Positions 1-7,577 of a stretch of 64,000 bases of DNA are shown piece by piece. Within the stretch, counting starts at the first letter, position 1. Every line of letters begins with the position of its first letter. The DNA is from Candidatus Omnitrophota bacterium (GTDB lineage: Bacteria > Omnitrophota > Gorgyraeia > 2-01-FULL-45-10): positions 1,959-65,958 of the forward strand of contig JBAYMS010000003.1 of the NCBI GenBank assembly GCA_041663425.1, read 5' to 3'. Made by a program: the position numbers and the translations under genes. Under the pieces are notes generated by a model. It worked only from the letters and a program-made list of their open reading frames with translations, had not been told where the DNA came from and searched no databases.

Positions 1-3000
1 GAGTGGCGGATATCATATTCTTTCATTAACGCTGAACCGATATCGACGCCGGAACCTACAGGAAAATCGCCCGGCTTGTAAGGTGCCCTATAAAGCGTAA
101 GACCGCCCCTCTCCAGGATTAGCTCGATGCCCGTAGTATTCATGTCGGCTATGAGCGTTTCGGAAACAATGCTGAATACCGCTGTCCGCTCAATACCGGC
201 AGCGTTTTTATATGGCACTATCCAGATGGGGCGATTACTTACATATGCCACTCTTCCACCTGTCAGAGTTATATCTTCGCCGATCTTTCGGGCCATACGC
301 AACCGCATAGAGTCAGATATCATATTAAGCTGATCTGCCTGCGAAGATCCTAGAAGCCTAGTCTCAATATCATCTTTAGCGCCCTCATTATTTTGCCCAA
401 GAGTTAACGCTATAGGCCTGGTTTCGGTCCTTCTCAGGCTGCGATGCTGATAATAAACAAGGCTTATTTCTCTGACTGAGATCTCGCCAAGTTTGCCGTT
501 TCTGGCCGCTACTATGGCGTTAAGTTTCTGAGCCAGTAACTCTCTTTGTTCCGGGGTAAGCTTGTCGAGGTTCTTTATATATCCTATTGCCGTATGCACC
601 CCATTATGCCTGTCAAAAGACCTTATATCAAAATTGGCAGCGTCAAACAAACCTTCACGCAACTTTTGCAGCTCCAGGCTGCTATCCCCCTCACCAATGA
701 AAAGGATCTCTCCGGAATTATTTATCTTTATGGAATTAAAGCTCAGACCAAACGGCTTTCCGTTTGAAACCATATCTACAGCCTTAGTAAGATCGAGAGT
801 GGCCGGAGCTTTTCTCTCTGTAGAATCATAAGTCAAACTTGTTACAGGGCTTGCCTGGCTGCGAACCATAGTCCCTACCGTAGTATGCATATGATACGAA
901 TCGTAGAATGAGCCATTTTCCTGACCGATAACCTCAGTTATGGCTTGCTGCACTTCTTTGGCCGTCTCAAGAAAATCTTTAAACTTACCGGTATCCTGCT
1001 TAAGATAAGCTACTGAGGTAAGCCCATACTGAGTGGTCGAAGGATTATTATCTACAAGCCGCTTGGAATAACTATTCCCAGGCTGCGGAATAGTTATATT
1101 CGGTAAAGTTCCAATCTGAGGCTGTCCGGAAACCGGCTTTGCATTATTATCAGCCATCAACATAGCTTCAACTTCCGGCAGAGAATCTAATACATTCAGC
1201 TTCTGGCCTGGTCTGCCCAGCTCCAATGTCTCGGCTTTCAACACTTCATTGTTAGACACCGTCCTGTGAGAATAGACCACAACCCTGAGGCTGTCTATTG
1301 AAAAATCCGGCAGCTCATCCATTCCCTCTTTTTTGAAAAGGGTATTAAGCTCATCTATCTGCCGCTGATCGATAGGCCTCGTAACACGGCCAAGGGTAAT
1401 ATGCATCGGAGCTTCTCTTTTTTCTGTCGGCAGAGTGGCTAAAGCATCCATAACCTTTAAAGTCTTATGCCCGTCTTTGTCCACATTAAATTCGCTGACC
1501 GGCTCAACTGTAAAATACAATTCTCCATCAAGTGAAGAATATTCAAATCCGGTAATTTTCAGGCTGAATGGCCTGGAAGATGAAGCAGTTTGGGCAATAT
1601 ATTCAGACAGGTCGCCCATGCTATTATCCGTCATTCTTTCCTTAATATCAGAGACAGCGTTTGTCAGCTCGGTAAATGCAGCGCTCTTTGAAGTCGGAAT
1701 ATCGGTATCAAAATTTCTTGTCCTTACTACAGGGCGGATCGTTATGAACAGCCCGTCGCTGCCCTGGTCACGGTTAAATTGAACCCTGCCGTTCGTTATT
1801 TCCTCTATCTTCTTACGAATTTCTGTAATGCCCCGGCTTAAATCCTGATTACCTTTATCAAGATCAACATCCGCCAGAACAGTTATTCCCAGCCCTCTTT
1901 TCCCGTTCTTGTGGATATTGTCGGCGATATGAACCGTATCAACAACGCGCTTGAAACCATCCACACCAAGTTGATCAAGGTAGGCATGCGCTTCAACGGT
2001 CAGCTGCTTAGCCAGAAGATGTTTGTATTTCAGATATATCATATGGAAGAATCCTTTATCTTCAATGACTCTTCCCAATGAATCACGCCGAGGCTTCTCC
2101 AGATAGTCCTTCTTCTCTTTCTCACTATTCCAGTATCTGTATTTACCATTTGCGTCAGGAACATCGTTTATAATATCACTGTAAACCATGTCGTAAGCCT
2201 GGGCGATCTCCCTATTAAGTGACCTTAATCCAAATATCTCGCCCATAAGAAAAGAGATGTGATTTCTCAGGAAACCAACATGCGGAACCGGCTGCTCAGC
2301 TGCTGAGCGCGGTAGCGCAAACTCAATACCTGCCAGGAATATATCACGATATACACGAAGATGCCTGTACTCAGTTTTAATCGTGTTTATCTCATCCGCG
2401 GCATACAGCATTGGCCCGCGGCTCTTCTTGGCTTCTTTAGATGCCTGACCGGCGTCTGTTCTTATTTCAATTTTGGGTTTCCCATATAGCGTACCTATAT
2501 ATTCACGCATCTTTACTTCCAGATACTCCTTAAGCGTTATATATTTCTGTCCGTTAAATTCGATGGGCTTACCATTATCATTTTCTATGTAGAATCGGCG
2601 GTCGCGCGCACCAGAAAGAATATTACTGCTGCCTCCCGTAGCATCGGAAAATTTTTTGATCAGATACTGAAAATGAGACAACCCCAGCTCATCTATAAGC
2701 ACAGGATTATTCATTACGGCATCGACATACCATTCCGCATTCGCGGGCCTGGAATTTTCCGGCATACCGAAATACTCTTCCAGCTTTACTGTGTCGTCCT
2801 TGTTTATAATGAGATCCGTAAACATAGAGTCAAACGGAATTCTCCTGCCAACCCTCTTCGCAACCGCATCTTCTATCATCCGAAGCATGTCAGGTATGCT
2901 GAATTCTGTCGTCTCGTTATCGCGATTCGGATTAATTATCAGAACTATCGGGATGTCGCCTTTGGCCCGGCGCTTCTCTAAAGCTTCGGCTAAGCCTTCT

Positions 3001-6000
3001 ACCATAAAATGCGGCATGATGCTGGTCAAGAAACTGCCCGGCCCGAAAATTATTCCTTTTGTCTCAGCATTCTCAACAGCGGCTATCATATCCTTATTAG
3101 CCGGTGTGCTTCTATTGGTCCGTTTTCCATCCTGGTCCACCAACCCCAGATCTTCGATCTTGGAAAAATTGGCCGTTTCGCTAAAATGCGTCTGCATCTT
3201 TGTAAACCTGCTTCTTATATAAACATTCTTTCCGCCCATCACAAGAGCCTTAGTCTCTGCTTTATCAGACCTGGCAACCCCAGGCTTATAAACCATACCC
3301 GTTCCATCAGTTGCTATAAGACGCTGCTTATCTTCGTTCGCTAATTTTACCGCCGTCTCTTCAACAAGACCTTCAGGCTCTATCAATTCCGCAAATTCTG
3401 AATCGCCTACCTTAATAGCAAAGTTCCTGTCAACTTCTGACATGCGTAAAACAACCGGAAGCATGCCTACAAACACTTTTTTCTCCTCGCCGGCCTTTAT
3501 TGTATATTCTTTATATAAATTTGTGTCATCCTTGTCGAGTATTTTAACGGTGGTTTCGCCTCTGGCTTTGTCAACATGGACTACAAGCGCGCGCAGTTCC
3601 TCGACAGATTTAACAACGCCATTCTCGCTCACTTTCGGTTTCACCTCTATTATAACGACATTATCTCTGTAAACAGCATACATCGTTTCGGGATTATTAT
3701 GCGACAAAGAAACCCTGCCGTTCCTGACTCCCGCAAGCTCTGCCATGGAATCGAGTGCTACCTGAAATTTGCTATAATCAGCTTCCGTTGCAAGCATAAA
3801 ATCGCGGCTGCCCGGAGCATGGGTAGGTTTGGCAATGCCTAAATAGTCCAATGCGCTTATCAGCATCAGGTTTCGTATTGACGCTCCGCTTACAGGGATT
3901 ACGGATTTTTCGAAATAATTAGCATCGATACGGCGCGCTAAATTTAAAACACTCGCGGCAAAATACGCAAAATCTTCGCTCAACACATTTGTCTTCTGTA
4001 TTCCTCCTATTCCCTGCTTATTTATAACGGTCTGGAGAACGATACGGTTTAGGAGCTTTACGGATAATTCAAAGAAAGAATTAAGATATGTGACATTTCC
4101 GGCATCGTCACGATAAACGATCTGACCGACGTGTTCTCCCGCGTCCGCAGGAAGCTCTTTCTTTGCGATTGCCTCCGCTATTTTTTCTTCTTCAGAAGGC
4201 ACTACATCTATTCTGCCCTGGGCATCCAAAAGTTTATATAGCTTGTCCGCTTCGGCAAATCCTTCAAAGATAGAATTAACCATATCTCCGGGGGAAGGCA
4301 TCCAGCCATAACCTTTATTTATGAGCCCGGTAACACTTTTAAATGTAGATCCGCCGTCATCGGTAGAACATTGCATACTTCTGACATAAGCGCCCATCTT
4401 CACAAGAGGCTTAATAGAAGCTAAAAGGCCGGTGCCGCCTCCAAAAGCAAGGATAGTCTTTCTATCTTTCGTCCTGTCTCGCCCAGCCATAATATTTTCT
4501 ATGGTCTTTTCAAAGCTTCGGATCTTATCAGCATCTGTGGTTGGAGCAAACATACCGGCTATCACATCGTCAGGGCTCTCCAATCCCATCTCTTTATGTG
4601 TTTTCAGGGCTTTATCTATATACTCCATCATCAATTTTTCTTTACCGCCAAAAACCTCAAGAAGGGATTTGCGCTGCTCTGCTATAAGCCTTGCGCGCAA
4701 AATAAATTCTGTTAATTTATCGTTATCAGCCCTGCCAAAAACCTTATCCTGCAGGCCAAGCCCGTCCTGAAGGTTTCCCTCGTCGAGCGTCATCTCTTCC
4801 CTGACGCCCAGTCTTATGCCTTTACCTTTGCCTCTAAGATAGGTATGATTTCCAACATTTACCCCTGGAACAGCAGGGTTTGAAGAAAGAAATCCTTCGC
4901 CGCCTTCGTGAAATAAGGCGATATGCCCGACTTCGTTATTATTGATACACAGTTCTGAGATAGCTATTATTTGCCCATCCGAAAAACCAAATACATTTTT
5001 ATCGTTCTCTTTCAGGACAACTATGTTGCCTTCCCGCTGCTTGTCTTTTATAAACTGGATAATTTGTCCTGCGATCTTTTTATCTTTTCTGCTTAACCCG
5101 GCACTTTTAACTGCGCCCTCCATCGCTTTGATCTGGCGGTCTATAACACTGTCGTGCGCCTTACCTAAAACACTCAGGTCAAAGGAGTAGCCCTCTCCCT
5201 GAGAAGTCTTGGCAGTAAGCGTTAATTTTTTACCGTTCGCGGATAGGGTGCCTTTAAACCCTGTTGCCGCGCAGCCGTCAGGTCTTCCTATTAAACCGCC
5301 AGTAGGCGGGCCTGTCGAATCCACCGGAAGAATCGCAGCGCCCGAAGGCATCTTTGTAACCTCGGGAAGCTGGGAAGCAAAAGCCCTCTGGAACTCTTCG
5401 TTAAATTCATTTGTAGACGTTATAGCATCTATTATAACTTTTACGGTTTTTCCATCGGCGCTCTTACCCTGTTCTTTTAAATAATTAGTGAGGCTAAGCT
5501 TCATTCCGGATATATAAGCCTGTTTGATAAAATTCTCATCGCGTGTTAAAACCTGATTTGGATAAGCAGCCAATACTCTGCGCAGCCATCCACTCACAGC
5601 ATATGAAAACCAGGTTTTCCTGAAATTTACCGTTCTGTCCGTAATGCCTTCTACAAGACTCACTATTTCAGCGTCCATGGGCGAGCACTGAAGGAATGCT
5701 TTTAATTCCTTAGGGGACATCGTTGCAAGCTCAACAGCCGATATAGGCGCAAGCATACCCTTCTTCGAAGCCTCGGGGCTGGCCAGTATATCTTCTATCG
5801 GGGTGCGCTGATTGGTAAGGACCTGAATATATGGAGTGGGGACATCTTTTGTGATGGAAGGACATACTACCACATAAGACACGCCGCGTTTCTCGAGAAG
5901 TTTCGACATGCCTTCAGAGTGGAATCCGCCCGTGACAAGAACCGCCACCTGCAGTTTATCCTTCTCCATCGCTTTTATCGTATTGTCAACAAGCGCCTTA

Positions 6001-7355
6001 TCGCGCTTCATAGCTATAACGTAAAATTCCTCAAGCTTAGGTATGCTCTTGGCAACAGCTTCTGTGGGCGGCTCAACCTCATAGCTTAAGCCGTACTTTT
6101 CGCCCTGTTTCTTTATGAAATCGGTAAATGCCTCGTGTGTAAACCCTTCCCTGTGCGTCTCAAAATAATTAAAATCACCATTAAGCAATTTGATATTGGC
6201 CATGCCTATAAGAATATCTATGTGGCGCGATAATTTATCAAGAGTCCTCTGGTCGTCGCTCGTAAATAGCTTCTCTTTTATATCGGACTCAACCGTTTTT
6301 ATTTCATCGAACAATTTTTCATTATCGATCTTCGCGTAAACCGAATTATATATTATGTAGTTATAAAGGTTTGGATATTTTTTCGCTAGATCAATGTCAT
6401 TCTGGAGCGCAAGCTTCTTAAGATGATTATAGAATTCTACCGAGGAGATGGCGCCTGTTTTGAATGCTATAGACTTCGATACCATATCCGTAAGCTCATC
6501 CTTAGATACCGCTTTTGAGAGCTCATCTATGAGGATAGCCCTCTCCCTATCGGTAATACTGAAATTTATCTTCTTTTCATATGTAAGAACGCTTGTGATC
6601 CTGAATAGATTTTCATAGTTGCGCACGTTTATTTTTTGCTTCTCGGCCATATCCTGTAGGAATCTTATATAATCGTTAAATTGAAGCTTCTTTGATTCGT
6701 AATCCTGAGATTTGGCATCCATCGCCTTAAGGTCGGCGCTGTAGATTAAACCTTTAAGACGGCTTAATGAGTTTCTTATGGAATTATAATATTTCTCTGT
6801 CTCGGCTTTAAGAGGATAACTCGAGGTAAAAGCATTCAAGTTTTGAATGTAGGATTCGCGGTCTTCCGCACCGAATAATTTTATAGGATAGTTTTTGGTA
6901 ATAGAGAGAAATTCCGGCCCTGTGATCTCGCCCTTCTTCATGAAATAAGTAGCAACTTCTTTACGCACATCTTCATCCGGGAATGCCTTAAACCATGCCG
7001 TATCAATAATGCCATCCGCGCCTTCAACCGATATAAGGCTAAGGCCGTGATTATTTATAAGGCCTTCGAGGATATTAACAATGTTGGTTTGGGCCTCATA
7101 ATTGCAGTGTGCATCCTGAATATTTATTATGAGCTTGTTTGAATTACCTGAGAACTTTGATTTGATGATCCCATGGTCTTTTTCTATAACAATGTTGTTA
7201 ATATCGGCTGGCGACTGAGTCTTTTTAGGGGCGTGATTCTTTTTTTGAATGGATTCTGCAAAAGTTATGTTTGAAAAAACAAAGGAAAGAATTACAAGGA
7301 TCGATACTGACTTGCAAAATAAGCTCTTACGACAGAATTTTGGTAAAACTTCCAT
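1..7355 (-). CDS. Giant ORF, 5'-complete and 3'-truncated by the window edge (>2,450 aa visible). It has a signal-anchor, a Tiki/TraB-like N-terminal domain and a YvcK/CofD-like domain. It is a paralogue of the N-terminus of the 8,360-aa ORF.
   Basis: ATG at 7355-7353 (minus) with AAAAGGAGAG 6 nt upstream. Hand translation gives MEVLPKFCRKSLFCKSVSILVILSFVFSNITFA..IINIQDAHCNYEAQ... with no stops in the sampled segments (7355-6600, 5940-5820, 4460-4320, 3060-2920, 1740-1380, 120-60). The frame is confirmed by the conserved motif LVTGGFHSEGMSKLL at 5940-5820, matching ALITGGYHTRGISDLL of gene A. All plus-strand ORFs here are under 150 aa. The ORF is absent from the supplied track, presumably because it has no stop inside the window. 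Confidence 0.8.
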   Translation of the reverse strand, partial: MEVLPKFCRKSLFCKSVSILVILSFVFSNITFAESIQKKNHAPKKTQSPADINNIVIEKDHGIIKSKFSGNSNKLIINIQDAHCNYEAQTNIVNILEGLINNHGLSLISVEGADGIIDTAWFKAFPDEDVRKEVATYFMKKGEITGPEFLSITKNYPIKLFGAEDRESYIQNLNAFTSSYPLKAETEKYYNSIRNSLSRLKGLIYSADLKAMDAKSQDYESKKLQFNDYIRFLQDMAEKQKINVRNYENLFRITSVLTYEKKINFSITDRERAILIDELSKAVSKDELTDMVSKSIAFKTGAISSVEFYNHLKKLALQNDIDLAKKYPNLYNYIIYNSVYAKIDNEKLFDEIKTVESDIKEKLFTSDDQRTLDKLSRHIDILIGMANIKLLNGDFNYFETHREGFTHEAFTDFIKKQGEKYGLSYEVEPPTEAVAKSIPKLEEFYVIAMKRDKALVDNTIKAMEKDKLQVAVLVTGGFHSEGMSKLLEKRGVSYVVVCPSITKDVPTPYIQVLTNQRTPIEDILASPEASKKGMLAPISAVELATMSPKELKAFLQCSPMDAEIVSLVEGITDRTVNFRKTWFSYAVSGWLRRVLAAYPNQVLTRDENFIKQAYISGMKLSLTNYLKEQGKSADGKTVKVIIDAITSTNEFNEEFQRAFASQLPEVTKMPSGAAILPVDSTGPPTGGLIGRPDGCAATGFKGTLSANGKKLTLTAKTSQGEGYSFDLSVLGKAHDSVIDRQIKAMEGAVKSAGLSRKDKKIAGQIIQFIKDKQREGNIVVLKENDKNVFGFSDGQIIAISELCINNNEVGHIALFHEGGEGFLSSNPAVPGVNVGNHTYLRGKGKGIRLGVREEMTLDEGNLQDGLGLQDKVFGRADNDKLTEFILRARLIAEQRKSLLEVFGGKEKLMMEYIDKALKTHKEMGLESPDDVIAGMFAPTTDADKIRSFEKTIENIMAGRDRTKDRKTILAFGGGTGLLASIKPLVKMGAYVRSMQCSTDDGGSTFKSVTGLINKGYGWMPSPGDMVNSIFEGFAEADKLYKLLDAQGRIDVVPSEEEKIAEAIAKKELPADAGEHVGQIVYRDDAGNVTYLNSFFELSVKLLNRIVLQTVINKQGIGGIQKTNVLSEDFAYFAASVLNLARRIDANYFEKSVIPVSGASIRNLMLISALDYLGIAKPTHAPGSRDFMLATEADYSKFQVALDSMAELAGVRNGRVSLSHNNPETMYAVYRDNVVIIEVKPKVSENGVVKSVEELRALVVHVDKARGETTVKILDKDDTNLYKEYTIKAGEEKKVFVGMLPVVLRMSEVDRNFAIKVGDSEFAELIEPEGLVEETAVKLANEDKQRLIATDGTGMVYKPGVARSDKAETKALVMGGKNVYIRSRFTKMQTHFSETANFSKIEDLGLVDQDGKRTNRSTPANKDMIAAVENAETKGIIFGPGSFLTSIMPHFMVEGLAEALEKRRAKGDIPIVLIINPNRDNETTEFSIPDMLRMIEDAVAKRVGRRIPFDSMFTDLIINKDDTVKLEEYFGMPENSRPANAEWYVDAVMNNPVLIDELGLSHFQYLIKKFSDATGGSSNILSGARDRRFYIENDNGKPIEFNGQKYITLKEYLEVKMREYIGTLYGKPKIEIRTDAGQASKEAKKSRGPMLYAADEINTIKTEYRHLRVYRDIFLAGIEFALPRSAAEQPVPHVGFLRNHISFLMGEIFGLRSLNREIAQAYDMVYSDIINDVPDANGKYRYWNSEKEKKDYLEKPRRDSLGRVIEDKGFFHMIYLKYKHLLAKQLTVEAHAYLDQLGVDGFKRVVDTVHIADNIHKNGKRGLGITVLADVDLDKGNQDLSRGITEIRKKIEEITNGRVQFNRDQGSDGLFITIRPVVRTRNFDTDIPTSKSAAFTELTNAVSDIKERMTDNSMGDLSEYIAQTASSSRPFSLKITGFEYSSLDGELYFTVEPVSEFNVDKDGHKTLKVMDALATLPTEKREAPMHITLGRVTRPIDQRQIDELNTLFKKEGMDELPDFSIDSLRVVVYSHRTVSNNEVLKAETLELGRPGQKLNVLDSLPEVEAMLMADNNAKPVSGQPQIGTLPNITIPQPGNSYSKRLVDNNPSTTQYGLTSVAYLKQDTGKFKDFLETAKEVQQAITEVIGQENGSFYDSYHMHTTVGTMVRSQASPVTSLTYDSTERKAPATLDLTKAVDMVSNGKPFGLSFNSIKINNSGEILFIGEGDSSLELQKLREGLFDAANFDIRSFDRHNGVHTAIGYIKNLDKLTPEQRELLAQKLNAIVAARNGKLGEISVREISLVYYQHRSLRRTETRPIALTLGQNNEGAKDDIETRLLGSSQADQLNMISDSMRLRMARKIGEDITLTGGRVAYVSNRPIWIVPYKNAAGIERTAVFSIVSETLIADMNTTGIELILERGGLTLYRAPYKPGDFPVGSGVDIGSALMKEYDIRH
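2900..4470 (-). other. YvcK/CofD (UPF0052, PF01933)-like domain in gene 3
   Basis: Hand translation gives KTILAFGGGTGLLASIKPLVKMGAYVRSMQCSTDDGGSTFKSVTGLI (4460-4320) and KGIIFGPGSFLTSIMPHFMVEGLAEALEKRRAKGDIPIVLIINPNRG (3060-2920). This matches the family signatures vviGGGtGls..LrgL, vaDDGGSsG and iiGPGSlfTSilPnLlvpgiaeAi as recalled. The spacing is about 470 aa, longer than free YvcK, which implies an insertion. Confidence 0.6.
5830..7130 (-). other. Tiki/TraB/GumN-like domain of gene 3 (paralogous to the N-terminal domain of gene A)
   Basis: IINIQDAHCNYEAQTNIVNILEGLINNHGLSLISVEGADGIIDTAWFKAFPDE... and, C-terminally, LVTGGFHSEGMSKLLEKRGVSYVVVCP. The C-terminal GxxH..G motif is typical of the TraB/Tiki family. 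The first motif is the non-canonical QDAH. Confidence 0.4.
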
Positions 7356-7360
7356 AATAG

Positions 7361-7367
7361 CTCTCCT
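7361..7367 (-). promoter_or_regulatory. Shine-Dalgarno (AGGAG) for gene 3
   Basis: Minus-strand AAAAGGAGAGCUAUU-AUG, with the AGGAG core 6-7 nt upstream of the start codon. Confidence 0.5.
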
Positions 7368-7420
7368 TTTATATCATTGGGTAAAAAGGTGCCTTTTCTT
7401 TTATTTACAGAACGTGCATA

Positions 7421-7449
7421 AGTCTATCATATATAAGGAAGCAAGTCAA
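7421..7449 (-). promoter_or_regulatory. Candidate sigma-70-type promoter for gene 3 (TTGACT-17-TAGACT)
   Basis: Minus strand reads TTGACTTGCTTCCTTATATATGATAGACT in the AT-rich spacer about 70 nt upstream of the gene 3 ATG. The -10 element is imperfect (4/6). Confidence 0.3.
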
Positions 7450-7492
7450 TGCTTGGAAACTAACTATTTTATACTTTAATTGGCTGGCCTCA

Positions 7493-7564
7493 CTCTCGCG
7501 AGCCGCTTGGCGGAAGCTGCGAGAGCGAAGACCAACCTACTACCGGGGTGGCACCACGGTAGTA
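7493..7564. terminator. Two intergenic stem-loops between the gene A stop and the gene 3 promoter. They may be a terminator or other RNA structure.
   Basis: CTCTCGCGAGC..(12-nt loop)..GCTGCGAGAG at 7493-7525. TACTACCG-(11-nt loop)-CGGTAGTA at 7538-7564, followed by TTTT on the plus strand. On the minus-strand transcript no clean U-tract follows either stem. Confidence 0.3.
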
Positions 7565-7577
7565 TTTTAAGCCCATA

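Noticed and set aside
1380-1500. Possible 2H phosphoesterase (LigT-like) HxT[LG] motif in gene 3 (MHITLGRV, about 1400)
   Set aside because: Only one H-x-T-x motif was seen. A second motif about 80-100 aa upstream was not found when translating 1620-1740, so the call is unsupported.
7249-7479. Plus-strand 76-aa ORF 7249-7479 in the spacer and gene 3 start region
   Set aside because: It overlaps the gene 3 start codon, RBS and putative promoter on the opposite strand. It has no RBS and its translation carries no recognisable signal.
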